In this document: piece after piece, positions 30,078-40,519 of the stretch
Numbering within the stretch: the first letter of the stretch is position 1
Layout: every line of letters begins with the position of its first letter
Origin: Nitrospirales bacterium
GTDB taxonomy: Bacteria; Nitrospirota; Nitrospiria; Nitrospirales; UBA8639
Direction: 5' to 3'
NCBI GenBank assembly: GCA_963555755.3
Contig: OY820905.2
Span: forward strand, 3,328,001 to 3,392,000
Length of the DNA stretch: 64,000 bases
Translations under genes and position numbers: made by a program
Notes under the pieces: generated by a model
Database searches by the model: none
What the model was told of the DNA's origin: nothing
Seen by the model: only the letters and a program-made list of their open reading frames with translations

Positions 30078-31235
30078 ATGATCCGAAACCTCACAGTCTT
30101 TCTTCTGTTCCTCTCCCTTACGGGGTGCCCGCCTGGCAATCCTTACGTTCCTCCGGATCTGCTCTATCTTTTTAAGAATTATGAGGTAGAAAAAAACCCC
30201 ACGGCCATTCGAGCCGGTGACTATAACAACGATGGGTTTACCGACTTGGTGACCAGTAATATTTCGTCCAATTCCCTATCTTTGTTATTTGGTAATGGAG
30301 ATGGGAGTTTCCAAACCCAGGTTCCCATCCGGGTTTGTCAGGAACCACGAAACCTGGCGGTTGAAGATTTTAATCAAGACACGCATCTCGATTTAGCCAT
30401 TGCTTGTTACGGCAGCGACCAAATCTCGATTCTTTCCGGGCGAGGCGATGGGACCTTTGAAAAGGTTTCTCAATACCATGTCAATCGAGGCCCTGTGTCC
30501 ATTGCGACGGGAGACTTTAATAGTGACCGGTTCCTGGACCTCGTCGTGGCGCTTCGCAACGACAAACTTCAATTGTTTTTTGGCAATGGCATGGGAAAAT
30601 TTCTCCGCGGTCCCCTGTATGTACATGGTGACACCCCAACGTCCGTGGTTACCGCCGACGTGAACGGAGACGGACACTTAGATTTGGCTGTTTCCAATGG
30701 TGGCCCCATGAGCAGTGCGGTCTCGATTTGGCTAGGACACGGCAATGGGAACTTTTCTCATGCCCACGATTATTGGACCGGCAAACGACCTGTATCCGTC
30801 TCGTTTGCCGACTTTAATAATGATGGCTTGCTGGACCTATTCGTGATCAATGGCCAAATGAACACCATTACCGTGTTTCTGGGAAACGGGGATGGCACGT
30901 TTCAGGATGGCATTGATTCGGGAGGGGATGCTGGCCCGAATCATGGGCTTGCTCAAGACTTTGATGGGGATAAAATTTTGGATATTGCCGTGGTGAATAT
31001 CCAATCAGGAAGCCTGTCCGTTCTGTTCGGAAAAGGGGATGGAAGCTTTCAGTATCCTCCGCGCCTTTACCCGACCCCGTACGCCCCTTTTGCGATCACC
31101 TCCCTGACACTGGCCAAGGATCGGGACGAACAGCCCGGTTTGGCCATCGTGAATAATGCGAAACATAGCGTATCGATTTTTCTCCACCATGGGCTTAACT
31201 CACGGAAAGTCTTAGGAAGCGTCACTGAGGGATAG
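30078..31235 (+). CDS. FG-GAP/VCBS repeat lipoprotein
   Basis: Lipobox LTGC; about six DxNxDGxxDL...GNGDGxF repeats. Confidence 0.9.
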   Translation: MIRNLTVFLLFLSLTGCPPGNPYVPPDLLYLFKNYEVEKNPTAIRAGDYNNDGFTDLVTSNISSNSLSLLFGNGDGSFQTQVPIRVCQEPRNLAVEDFNQDTHLDLAIACYGSDQISILSGRGDGTFEKVSQYHVNRGPVSIATGDFNSDRFLDLVVALRNDKLQLFFGNGMGKFLRGPLYVHGDTPTSVVTADVNGDGHLDLAVSNGGPMSSAVSIWLGHGNGNFSHAHDYWTGKRPVSVSFADFNNDGLLDLFVINGQMNTITVFLGNGDGTFQDGIDSGGDAGPNHGLAQDFDGDKILDIAVVNIQSGSLSVLFGKGDGSFQYPPRLYPTPYAPFAITSLTLAKDRDEQPGLAIVNNAKHSVSIFLHHGLNSRKVLGSVTEG

Positions 31236-31362
31236 TCTGTGATGGGTCATTCACCGCAGGTCTTTTTCTTGACACTCCACCGGATACCTGGATACATTAA
31301 CAGCTCGCCTAGGAAACCTTGCCAGGGTGTTCATGCCACGGTCACACTGCTCGTGAGGTAAT

Positions 31363-31563
31363 ATGCGGACGTTCGTATGGTGGTTCGGAATGGGGTCGCT
31401 GTTGACTCTTGCCGTATTGATGGTACAAGGAGGTGTTAGAGACCTTCTTGCTGGCACACCGGACTCCAGTTCGGTTGAAGCGTTTTTTTCAATAGGATCA
31501 ACCACCCTTGGAGGTGGGCTTCTGGCTGGCTGCATCGCGGTTATATTGAATCGGCTTCGTTAG
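31363..31563 (+). CDS. Small two-TM membrane protein
   Basis: GAGGT RBS, two hydrophobic segments. Confidence 0.55.
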   Translation: MRTFVWWFGMGSLLTLAVLMVQGGVRDLLAGTPDSSSVEAFFSIGSTTLGGGLLAGCIAVILNRLR

Positions 31564-31620
31564 GTTGAACATTGTGGCCCTCGCATGGGTCAGTGAGAGT
31601 AGGACAGGAAAGAATTTGTA

Positions 31621-31803
31621 ATGGAATGTCTCAAATGCAAGGGCTTCATGATGGTCGACCACCATTACACGACCATGGCAAAGCGTCTGTATGCCCGATG
31701 CCTCAATTGCGGCTTTTGGTTTGACCTCGTGGATGTACTCCGATTTTTTCATCGAGTCCTGGACAGCGCGTATCGTGGCGCAAAAATTCGCGATACCCTG
31801 TAA
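31621..31803 (+). CDS. Small zinc-ribbon protein
   Basis: CLKCKG...RCLNCG (CxxC...CxxC). Confidence 0.7.
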   Translation: MECLKCKGFMMVDHHYTTMAKRLYARCLNCGFWFDLVDVLRFFHRVLDSAYRGAKIRDTL

Positions 31804-31894
31804 TCCTTCCTTATTTCGGCAACGGCTCTCCTCCCCCCTACATTTCGGTTTTAGAACGTGTGTTTCCCTCTGTTTGGAAAATCGTGAGCGACTG

Positions 31895-32497
31895 CTAATG
31901 CTTCGATAGCAATTTAAGAGCCTCTCGAATGAGGTCATCCAGTGGTAATGGGGAGGCGTGGTCCCGGGAAATTTTCGTAATCGTGTCTTTCACATCTCGT
32001 GGGCGATAGCCTAAATTGACCAGTGCTGAGGCGGCATCGTCCTGGATTTGATCTGGGAGCGCAGGTCGTGTGGGTAAATCCGATCCTGGATCTAGGCGGG
32101 CGACTTTATCTTTCAGCTCTAAGGCAATACGACTCGCTGACTTTTTCCCAATCCCCGGCACAGACGACAATTTTTCCCCGTCATCGGTTTGAATGGCGGT
32201 GATGAGATCGGGAACGCTGAGCGTGGACAGGACACTGAGGGCTAATTTTCCCCCAACGCCGGAAATGCTCGTGAGCAGGACGAATGCCTCTTTCTCCGGA
32301 AGGGTCAAAAAACCAAACAGTTGAATGGCATCTTCCCGTACGTGGGTCAGAATATTGATCGTCAACGAGGCGCGGAGATCCGGAAGGGCAAAGTAGGTAC
32401 TGAGCGGGATGAATGCCTCATACCCAACACCCTGGACATCGAGAATGATGCGTGACGGTGCCTTGGCAGCTAATTGGCCCGTCAGTTTAGCAATCAT
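31895..32497 (-). CDS. ruvA: Holliday junction branch migration protein RuvA
   Basis: MIAKLTG, GVGYE, VREDAIQLFGF, VPGIGKKSASRIALELKDK, ALVNLGY. Confidence 0.95.
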   Translation of the reverse strand: MIAKLTGQLAAKAPSRIILDVQGVGYEAFIPLSTYFALPDLRASLTINILTHVREDAIQLFGFLTLPEKEAFVLLTSISGVGGKLALSVLSTLSVPDLITAIQTDDGEKLSSVPGIGKKSASRIALELKDKVARLDPGSDLPTRPALPDQIQDDAASALVNLGYRPRDVKDTITKISRDHASPLPLDDLIREALKLLSKH

Positions 32498-32498
32498 A

Positions 32499-32677
32499 GG
32501 ACCTGAGAGAAAATACCTTGGACAATCTCGCGCCAAGATTTGGGTCGGATTTGGACGGAACGATTGAGAAAAACCCGAGGCATAGCACAGCTATGTTGAG
32601 GGTTCTTCGATTGAGGCCCGTTCAAAGATGGCCTGAAGATTGGATGCGAGATGTCCAAGGTATTTTCTCTCAGGTCC
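32499..32677. mobile_element. Family-D MITE, 1 bp from ruvA start codon
   Basis: TIR GGACCTGAGAGAAAATACCTTGGACA / TGTCCAAGGTATTTTCTCTCAGGTCC. Confidence 0.85.
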
Positions 32678-32706
32678 GTAGGGGTTACACCGGCAAGGTG
32701 GTTTAT

Positions 32707-32965
32707 GGGTCTGTTGAAAAATTAAAAATTTTTCATTTTGGCGACGACTGTCTAACACGCTCATTGGTCAGAAGAAAAGGGGCTGTTCAAAAAGGCCCAT
32801 TGTCTGACCCGCCCAACCCAGGCGCGCCAAGACGCGCCCTTCCACAGGCAAGGCCGCAGGGGATTTGGCGCGCGGAGCGTACAGCAGTACGTGAGCACGA
32901 CAAAGGCCCGAGAACGCCGCTGGGACCCTTCGGAAAGACTCAGGGCATGCTTTTTCAACAGCCCC
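32707..32965. mobile_element. Family-B MITE variant
   Basis: GGGTCTGTTGAAAA...TTTTCAACAGCCCC flanked by TTTA/TTTA; internal end at 32779; core shared with 57476. Confidence 0.8.
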
Positions 32966-32971
32966 TTTAAA

Positions 32972-33724
32972 TTATTCCGATGCGGCGACCTTTTCCATCA
33001 CCTCATCCGAGATATCAAAATTGGCATGAACTTTTTGAACATCTTCCTGATCATCAAGGATTTCCATCAATTTCAACATCTGCACGGCTGGCCTTTCCTC
33101 GAGTTTCACGAGGTTCTGTGGGAGGAAGGTCACTTCGGCCAAGGACGTTTCAATGTGTGCGGTTTGAAGGGCTTCTTTCACCGCTTCGAAATCGGCAAGA
33201 TCCGTCGTGACTTCAAATCCGGTAGGGGTCTGTTGGACATCTTCGGCCCCGGCTTCCAACGCCAACGTCATGAGTCGATCTTCGTCAGTTTGACTTCCTT
33301 CCACAATTAACAGGCCTTTTTTATGGAATTGCCAGGCTACGGCACCCGCTTCCGCCATGTTACCATGGTTTTTCCCGAATATATTTCGAATTTCCGCTAC
33401 GGTCCGATTCCGATTGTCTGTCGTAATTTCCAGGAGCACCCCGGTCCCGCTGGGGCCATAGCCCTCAAGCGTAAATTCTTCATAGTTTACCCCGGGAAGT
33501 TCTCCGGTGCCTCGCTGAATCGCGCGCTTGATGGTATCGGCGGGCATATTGACTTCTTTGGCCTTGGCAATAAAGGTTCGAAGCGTGGGGTTGGCATCCG
33601 GGTCGCCACCGGCTCTCGACGAAATGGTGATTTCGCGGATGATTTTGGTAAAGATTTTACCTCGCTTGGCATCGATGGCACCTTTATGCCGCTTGATTGT
33701 TGACCAATGACTATGTCCACCCAT
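32972..33724 (-). CDS. yebC: YebC/PmpR family protein
   Basis: MGGHSHWSTIKRHK, EGYGPSG, TDNRNRT, DVQKVHAN. Confidence 0.95.
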   Translation of the reverse strand: MGGHSHWSTIKRHKGAIDAKRGKIFTKIIREITISSRAGGDPDANPTLRTFIAKAKEVNMPADTIKRAIQRGTGELPGVNYEEFTLEGYGPSGTGVLLEITTDNRNRTVAEIRNIFGKNHGNMAEAGAVAWQFHKKGLLIVEGSQTDEDRLMTLALEAGAEDVQQTPTGFEVTTDLADFEAVKEALQTAHIETSLAEVTFLPQNLVKLEERPAVQMLKLMEILDDQEDVQKVHANFDISDEVMEKVAASE

Positions 33725-33965
33725 TGAATAATCCTTTGATTAGGCCTTCGGTTTGGCTGCCAGTTACCATGACGATTTCGCCCGCATCCTAGGCGTGGGC
33801 TTGTATCACAGAGTCAAAACAGGTGTCAATGATAAGTACGTATTTTTAATTAGGTTTTTATTCTATTTTCGCAATTGCGGATACGCAGTTTTTCCGGAAA
33901 CCTTTCCGGACAATCCGTTGCTTGAGGCAGTTGCTTCAGGTCGAGAAGGATGGTATGGAAATCCC

Positions 33966-34940
33966 ATGCGCATTATATTTATGGGTACGCCAGAGTTTGC
34001 AGTTCCCTCTTTAGAATCATTGCTCAACCATGGGTTCCAGGTGGTAGGCGTCGTGACCCAACCCGATCGCCCGAAAGGTCGAGGGCAGACGGTTGGGGTC
34101 TCTCCAATCAAGCAACTCGCACAAGCTCAGGGTTTGCCCGTTCTCCAACCCGAAAAAATGAAAAGCCCCGAACTGCTTCAGGCTCTTGCTGCCTGGCGTT
34201 CTGATGTGATAACGGTCACAGCCTTCGGGCGGATTCTTCCAAAAAGTATATTGGACCTGCCCCCGGGAGGATGTATCAACGTGCATGGGTCGTTGTTGCC
34301 TCGATATCGGGGGGCGGCTCCGATCCAATGGTCCTTAATCAATGGGGATCTGGAAACTGGCATTACAACTATGCTCATGGACGAAGGTATGGATACGGGG
34401 GCCATGCTGCTCCAACGGGCTATTTCGATTGAACCGGATGATACGGCGGCGGAATTAGGCAATCGGCTCGCCAGGGTCGGGGGCGATCTATTGGTCGAAA
34501 CGCTCAAGGGTTTGGCCAACAAGACCGTCGCCCCCCAAGAGCAGGATCACGACAAGGTCACGTACGCACCCCTGTTAACCAAAGATGCGGGAATGATAGA
34601 CTGGACTCAATCGGCAAACGGTCTCGCCAACCGGATTCGAGGGTTATCCCCCTGGCCCGGGTGTTTTACCTTTCTTAGAGATCAACGGTTGGTTATTTGG
34701 AAGGCCAAGGCAGAGACAAAAAAATTCGATGAGGCAAAATCAGAACACAGGCCCGGTACGATTGTGGATGAAAACAAAAAAGAGTTTTGGGTCCTGACCG
34801 GCGAAGGGACATTAGGAGTTACAGAGGTTCAACCGGCCAACAAAAAGCGAATGACCGTGGCGCAATTTCTTCAAGGGCGATCGGTATCAATTGGCGAAGT
34901 GTTTACCTCTGGACCAGCATCGGCTTCTTCGCCTTCGTAA
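33966..34940 (+). CDS. fmt: Methionyl-tRNA formyltransferase
   Basis: MRIIFMGTPEFA, TQPDRPKGRG, NVHGSLLPRYRGAAPIQW, MDEGMDTG. Confidence 0.96.
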   Translation: MRIIFMGTPEFAVPSLESLLNHGFQVVGVVTQPDRPKGRGQTVGVSPIKQLAQAQGLPVLQPEKMKSPELLQALAAWRSDVITVTAFGRILPKSILDLPPGGCINVHGSLLPRYRGAAPIQWSLINGDLETGITTMLMDEGMDTGAMLLQRAISIEPDDTAAELGNRLARVGGDLLVETLKGLANKTVAPQEQDHDKVTYAPLLTKDAGMIDWTQSANGLANRIRGLSPWPGCFTFLRDQRLVIWKAKAETKKFDEAKSEHRPGTIVDENKKEFWVLTGEGTLGVTEVQPANKKRMTVAQFLQGRSVSIGEVFTSGPASASSPS

Positions 34941-34993
34941 AAATGGAACCGTGACATCGAAAGATATTTCGCAACTGGCTCCACATGTTGAAA

Positions 34994-35207
34994 GAGACTG
35001 TTGAATATTTCACTCCAATGGCCAATACATGCTCAGGAGGAGCCGGACAGCATCAGCTGGGGGGAATGTTCAAAAAAGCATGCCCTGAGTCTTTCCGAAG
35101 GGTCCGTCCAGCAAGGCCGCAGCCATTTTGACGCGCGGAGCGTACTCTCAGTACGTGAGCACGGCAAAATGGCGAGAACGCCGCTGGCGACTTTTTTCAA
35201 CATTCCC
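34994..35207. mobile_element. Family-B MITE
   Basis: Reverse-complement homolog of 23845-24058; flanks TGAAA/TGAAT. Confidence 0.85.
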
Positions 35208-35237
35208 TGAATTGAAATCAAGAATAGAGAGACAACC

Positions 35238-35585
35238 ATGACCGATCGCGAACAAGCCGCTGTAGAATTTCTCAAGAAACAATTGCAGGATTTAGAAATT
35301 ATACAACCGCATGCCCTCAAAACCACCAATGCCATCCGTGCGAAGGAGCAATTCCATAAATGGAAACTATATGTGATTGGGGCGGTGGCGGAAAGACTGG
35401 GTCCCACCTATGGCGAACGCCTACAAATAGAATGGATCGACACCGCATATGCTGGGGGAGACATGTATGATGAAATCGCCGATGACATCGAGATGTGCCT
35501 TCGCCAACTTAAACATCTTATCAGGGAAGTGGGCACGAAAGGGCTTGAGCCGCAAGATACCAATGACGCACCCGCATCGCAATAA
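35238..35585 (+). CDS. Hypothetical protein (115 aa)
   Basis: Clean ORF between fmt and rsmA on the same strand; helical composition. Confidence 0.7.
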   Translation: MTDREQAAVEFLKKQLQDLEIIQPHALKTTNAIRAKEQFHKWKLYVIGAVAERLGPTYGERLQIEWIDTAYAGGDMYDEIADDIEMCLRQLKHLIREVGTKGLEPQDTNDAPASQ

Positions 35586-35600
35586 ACCCTGGCTGGGAAG

Positions 35601-36461
35601 ATGCTAAGGTCTTCTCCCCCTCCTCCACTCAAACGACTCGGTCAGCATTTCCTCATTGATCCCAATATCGTGAGAAAAATCCTTGGTGAAGCCGCGATTC
35701 GTCCAGAGGAAACGGTGTTTGAAATTGGGCCGGGACGTGGGGTGCTCACAGAGCCGTTGTGTGGCGTGGCGTCCCGGGTCATTGCGGTCGAAATCGACAA
35801 GAAGTTGGCGGCCTACTTATCTAGCGTCTGCCATCAATCCAATTTGGACCTTCGCACTGGCGATGCGCTGGAGTTCAACTACGACACCTTGCCACAAGGA
35901 ACGGTGGTGGTGGCGAATTTACCGTATTATGTCTCGACCCCCTTGTTGTTTCAGTTGCTGGAACACCGATCCCGGATCAGCCGGATGGTCCTAATGTTAC
36001 AGCTCGAGGTGGCCAAACGATTAGCGGCGAAGCCTGGGAGTTGCGACTACGGATCCCTATCGGTGTTGAGCCAATACTGTGCCGACTCGCGATTGGCCTT
36101 CAAAATCCCCGCCACCTGTTTTCGCCCACGGCCTGATGTTGATTCGGCGGTCGTGACTCTTTCCCTGCATCCTGGCAAAACGGACGATGATGCATTTGAT
36201 CGAGATTTCATGCGGACCGTTCGCGCGGCTTTTGCCCATCGAAGAAAAACGTTGGTGAATTCGTTTCGCGATTCGGGTTGGCCCCTATCCCCAATTCGGG
36301 ACGCGTTAGGCTCAGTGAACATTGATCCCACACGTCGTGCCGAAACGATGGCCCTCCAAGAATTCATCGACCTGACCCACGCCCTTCGCCATCACGCCCC
36401 TGACGAAAACACCCCTCCCGGCAAGGTCAACATCAGCGTTGCTCCAGATAGTACCTCTTAA
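35601..36461 (+). CDS. rsmA: 16S rRNA m6,2A dimethyltransferase
   Basis: KRLGQHFL, EIGPGRG, VANLPYY, FRPRPDVDS, RRKTL. Confidence 0.96.
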   Translation: MLRSSPPPPLKRLGQHFLIDPNIVRKILGEAAIRPEETVFEIGPGRGVLTEPLCGVASRVIAVEIDKKLAAYLSSVCHQSNLDLRTGDALEFNYDTLPQGTVVVANLPYYVSTPLLFQLLEHRSRISRMVLMLQLEVAKRLAAKPGSCDYGSLSVLSQYCADSRLAFKIPATCFRPRPDVDSAVVTLSLHPGKTDDDAFDRDFMRTVRAAFAHRRKTLVNSFRDSGWPLSPIRDALGSVNIDPTRRAETMALQEFIDLTHALRHHAPDENTPPGKVNISVAPDSTS

Positions 36462-36644
36462 TTCGTCACGAAATATCCGTGGCCAATTCGAGGGTATGGT
36501 TGTCGCCTTTATCCGATAAAGGGTAGCGTCTCTTTTTTTTGGATCCAGGTTTTCTATGGTTTGGGATCGTCTTGGTAAGTTTGGGGTTTTGTGGTTTGTC
36601 TTTTGGTTTAGGAATTATATTGCGGGGTGTCGCCCCTGCATATA

Positions 36645-36872
36645 GGGTCTGTTGAATATCTCCTTCCCATAGCCAATAAAAGCTCCGGAGGAGCCAAGCG
36701 TCGTCAATTGGAGGGAAGGTTCAAAAAAGCATGCCCTGAGTCTTTCCGAAGGGTCTCTCCAGCCCTGTCCTGAGCGAAAGGCCGCAGCCCTTTTGACGCG
36801 CGGAGCGTACTCTCAGTACGTGAGCACGGCAAAAGGGCGAGAACGCCGCTGGCGGCTTTTTTCAACATTCCC
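36645..36872. mobile_element. Family-B MITE
   Basis: GGGTCTGTTGAA...TTCAACATTCCC flanked by ATATA/ATATA. Confidence 0.85.
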
Positions 36873-36942
36873 ATATAATAAAACCTTCCAGAGCGAGATC
36901 AACAGAAGGCTGAAACGGGACATGAGAAAAGAGTGGGAGAAC

Positions 36943-36976
36943 CTGGATTCCCGATTAAGGATGTCGGGAATGACGG
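36943..36976. repeat. Short REP-like palindrome CTGGATTCCCG-N-CGGGAATGAC
   Basis: Same arms as 15351-15383. Confidence 0.7.
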
Positions 36977-37508
36977 CTTTCGATTGGGGAGGCAATGGGT
37001 CAACCTGTGCCTAAGGCGTGGCTTCGAATCCATTTGTTGCTTTCTCTGTTCAGACGCTACTACCATATAGTATGAGCACCCTTCCTCCAAAATCCAAACT
37101 GGAAAAGCCCTCTGACGGAGACCCGCCCCGCCGCATTCAAACACAGATCCATCGGCGGAATAAGGCGAAGGCGGTGTATCCTATGACCGATGAATGGGAA
37201 AATTCTCAAGATTCTCCTCCAAAGGGCTTAAAGCGGCCTCCCGAGGATATGCCCAAAAAAAAGTAGACTATCTCGTGCCTGTCTTTCTCTTCATTTTTTT
37301 TACGGCTTCCCGCAAGCATTTCCTTTTGGTGTAGAGTTCCCGATCTGAAAGGTAACGCGTCCATTCTTCCCTAAGTGTACTATGAAGTTGGGGCTTTTGA
37401 TGGCATTTTGGTAGGTCTTTTGTTCTCTTGATTCGTTAAAAAACGCGGTGTTACGATGGTAAATTCTGCAGAAAACTTGATGTTTTTTGCTTTTTGGGGG
37501 AGGTCAGT

Positions 37509-37892
37509 ATGAGTGGTTATGATATTCTACTTGCCTATTTGGATAATTATTCTCCCATCCTGATTTTTATCATCCTTGCCTTGGGCTTTGGGCTGGTGAC
37601 CTTGGGTCTCAGTTACTTAGTCCAACCGAAATATCCAGAAGATGAAAAATTGAGTGTATATGAATGTGGAAGCGAGCCGTTCTCGGACTCTCGTATACCC
37701 TTTCCCGTTCGCTATTACGTGATTGCCATGCTGTTTGTGATTTTCGATATTGAAGTAATTTTTCTCTATCCCTGGGCTATTACCTTCCATGAGTTGGGGG
37801 TGATAGGCCTGATTGAAATGATGATTTTCATTGGATTGTTTGTTGTTGCGTATGTCTATGCGTGGCGCAAGGGCGCTCTTGAGTGGGATTAA
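37509..37892 (+). CDS. nuoA: NADH-quinone oxidoreductase subunit A
   Basis: KLSVYECG, FVIFDIE, WRKGALEW; ATG after GGAGG. Confidence 0.96.
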   Translation: MSGYDILLAYLDNYSPILIFIILALGFGLVTLGLSYLVQPKYPEDEKLSVYECGSEPFSDSRIPFPVRYYVIAMLFVIFDIEVIFLYPWAITFHELGVIGLIEMMIFIGLFVVAYVYAWRKGALEWD

Positions 37893-37986
37893 TGAACGTG
37901 AAGCGTGATCCGTGAAGCGTAAGGCGTAAAGGAATGAAAGAAACGGCATTTTCCCACCCATCACGCATGACGCATCACGCATAACG
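37893..37986. repeat. Inverted heptamer cassette at nuoA-nuoB junction
   Basis: CGTGAAG CGTGATC CGTGAAG CGTAAGG ... TCACGCA TGACGCA TCACGCA TAACG. Confidence 0.85.
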
Positions 37987-37995
37987 AGGAAAAGA

Positions 37996-38535
37996 ATGGG
38001 TTTAATCCAAATAGGTAAGAAGCACGAGCGAGATGGCGATCTTGGCGTCATGACGCTTTCATTAGAGAAAGTCGTGAATTGGGCGCGGAAAGGGTCGCTG
38101 TGGCCGATGACATTTGGGTTGGCGTGTTGCGCGATTGAAATGATTGCAGCGGTGTCGTCTCGCTATGATATTGATCGGTATGGCGCCGGTGTGTTTCGCG
38201 GATCACCTCGGCAATCGGATGTCATGATTGTGGCGGGTACGGTGTGTCGCCGCATGGCGCCGGTTATTCGAAAAATTTATGATCAAATGCCGGAACCCAA
38301 ATACGTCATTTCCATGGGATCGTGCGCCACGTCTGGAAATATCTACGACAGTTATAGCGTGGTTCAGGGTGTTGATCGGTTTGTGCCCGTGGATATTTAT
38401 GTTCCGGGGTGCCCACCAACCCCCGAGGCATTGTTCGACGCCATTTTGAAACTTCAAGACCAAATCATGCAGAAGCGGGTGTTTACCAAGCAGCCTGATG
38501 AAGTGAAACCTGGTGCGAAAAGTAGAATGGTCTAA
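37996..38535 (+). CDS. nuoB: NADH-quinone oxidoreductase subunit B
   Basis: [22 protein letters not shown]. Confidence 0.97.
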   Translation: MGLIQIGKKHERDGDLGVMTLSLEKVVNWARKGSLWPMTFGLACCAIEMIAAVSSRYDIDRYGAGVFRGSPRQSDVMIVAGTVCRRMAPVIRKIYDQMPEPKYVISMGSCATSGNIYDSYSVVQGVDRFVPVDIYVPGCPPTPEALFDAILKLQDQIMQKRVFTKQPDEVKPGAKSRMV

Positions 38536-39032
38536 TGCATCCATTAGCTGAATCCATTCAGACTCGATTCCCCCAGGGGGTGGTCTCTGTGTATGAATGG
38601 CGCGGGGATGTGGCGGTGACGGTCACGCGTGACCAGGTACACGATGTGTGTCGGTATTTGCGGGATGACCCGAGCATGGATTTCGATTACATGGTACATG
38701 TGAGTTCCGTGGATTGGCCTGATGAAGAGGAACGGTTTGAGGTAGTGTGGGAAGTGTACTCGATTCGAAACCGTCATCGAATTCGGATTAAAACGCGGGT
38801 GCCTGAACATGATTGTTTTGTGGATTCGATGACGGATATTTGGCATGGGGCGGATTTTATGGAGCGGGAAGTGTTTGACATGATGGGCATTCGCTTCAAC
38901 AACCATCCTGACCTCCGTCGGATCTTGATGCCCGATGAATATACTGAAGGCTGGCCGTTGCGGAAGGATTTTCCGCTGCAAGGCAAGGGCTGGCGAGATA
39001 CGTTTGAATTTTTAGATGAACCGACAGCCTGA
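38535..39032 (+). CDS. nuoC: NADH-quinone oxidoreductase subunit C
   Basis: EREVFDMMGIRF..HPDLRRIL, PLRKDFP. Confidence 0.96.
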   Translation: MHPLAESIQTRFPQGVVSVYEWRGDVAVTVTRDQVHDVCRYLRDDPSMDFDYMVHVSSVDWPDEEERFEVVWEVYSIRNRHRIRIKTRVPEHDCFVDSMTDIWHGADFMEREVFDMMGIRFNNHPDLRRILMPDEYTEGWPLRKDFPLQGKGWRDTFEFLDEPTA

Positions 39033-39150
39033 TTTTTTTGTGAATGGCAATATATCGTCAATCTTCAAAAGATAAATCCCCCTCTTTCCCCCTTTTTCAA
39101 AGAGGGAGGAATCCTGTGAAGAGGGGAACTAAGAGAGTAACGCGGCGAAT

Positions 39151-40401
39151 ATGGCGCATTTAGAAGATCAACGCGAGACGATTTATAAAGTCGATCCGGA
39201 GCATCCGGCGACCAAGGATCTTCCGGTTCTGCGGAGTGAAGAGCTGTTGCTTAACATGGGGCCGCAGCATCCGGCGACACATGGTGTGCTCAAGGTCATT
39301 CTCGCTCTCGAAGGTGAGCGCATTACCAAGTCTACGGTGGTCATGGGCTTTTTGCATCGCGGAGTCGAGAAACTTGCGGAGTATGGCACCTACCATCAGT
39401 TTATTCCCCATACCGATCGTCTTGATTACGTCTGCGCGATGTACAACAACTTTGCGTACTGCCGTGCTGTTGAAAAATTGATGAACATCACCCTGCCCGA
39501 AAAGGCAGAATATTTACGCACCATTGTCGCAGAAGTGCAGCGGATTATCGGCCATTTGTTTTGGCTTGGCACGCAGGCGTTGGATATCGGCGCGATGACC
39601 GTCTTTTTTTATACGTTCCGTGATCGCGAGATTCTCCTGGATTGGTTTGATGAATTATGCGGTGCACGTCTGACTACAAGCTGGTATCGCATTGGTGGCG
39701 TCGAGCGGGATTTCACGGATTCGTTAGAAGATAAAGTTCGACGGTTCTTGGATTATTTCCCTCCGAAGATCGAAGAATATGTGGTGTTCTTGGAGAAGAA
39801 TCGAATTTGGCTAGCTCGCACCGTGGGGGTCGCGGTCATCACTGCCGAAGATGCCTTAAGTTTTGGATTGAGTGGACCTACGTTGCGCGGGTCAGGTGTG
39901 GATTACGATTTGCGCAAATACGAATCATATGGGGCCTATCCCAAATGTGAGTTTAGCGTGCCAGTGGGGAAAAATGGTGATACTTATGACCGGTATTGGA
40001 TTCGCATAGAAGAAATGCGGGAAAGCATCAAAATCGTTCGGCAATGTATGGAGCAGATGCCGAAGGAAGGGGCGATCATGGCGGATGTGCCGAGTGTCAC
40101 CTTACCGCCGAAAGATCGTGTGTTTACCAATCTCGAATCCATGATTCAGCAGTTCAGGCTTTTTTCTCAAGGGTTCGATGCTCCGGCTGGAGAAATTTAT
40201 TGCGGAACGGAAGCGCACAAAGGTGAACTCGGCTTTTATATTGTGAGTACCGGTGGAGGAAATCCCTATCGGTTAAAAATTCGATCGCCTTCCTTTATTC
40301 ATATGGGTGCCTTCGATCATATGGCCAGAGGCTATATGATTGCCGATGCCGTCACGATCTTCGGATCCTACGATATTGTAATGGGGGAGTGCGACAGATG
40401 A
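39151..40401 (+). CDS. nuoD: NADH-quinone oxidoreductase subunit D
   Basis: NMGPQHPATHGVL, LHRGVEK, DRLDY, DIVMGECDR. Confidence 0.97.
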   Translation: MAHLEDQRETIYKVDPEHPATKDLPVLRSEELLLNMGPQHPATHGVLKVILALEGERITKSTVVMGFLHRGVEKLAEYGTYHQFIPHTDRLDYVCAMYNNFAYCRAVEKLMNITLPEKAEYLRTIVAEVQRIIGHLFWLGTQALDIGAMTVFFYTFRDREILLDWFDELCGARLTTSWYRIGGVERDFTDSLEDKVRRFLDYFPPKIEEYVVFLEKNRIWLARTVGVAVITAEDALSFGLSGPTLRGSGVDYDLRKYESYGAYPKCEFSVPVGKNGDTYDRYWIRIEEMRESIKIVRQCMEQMPKEGAIMADVPSVTLPPKDRVFTNLESMIQQFRLFSQGFDAPAGEIYCGTEAHKGELGFYIVSTGGGNPYRLKIRSPSFIHMGAFDHMARGYMIADAVTIFGSYDIVMGECDR

Positions 40402-40406
40402 AAAGA

Positions 40407-40493
40407 CGTGAAGCGTAACGCGTGATCCGTAATGCGTAAGGAACACGGCCATTCTTTATTTTACGCATCACGCATCACGGGTTACGCATTTCG
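40407..40493. repeat. Inverted heptamer cassette at nuoD-nuoG junction
   Basis: CGTGAAG CGTAACG CGTGATC CGTAATG CGTAA ... TTACGCA TCACGCA TCACGGG TTACGCA. Confidence 0.85.
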
Positions 40494-40519
40494 AAATTGA
40501 GAAGAGCGGGAGAGATAAT

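Noticed and set aside
37018..37266. Small Pro/Lys-rich ORF upstream of nuoA
   Set aside because: No recognisable motif or clear RBS; coding status unsupported
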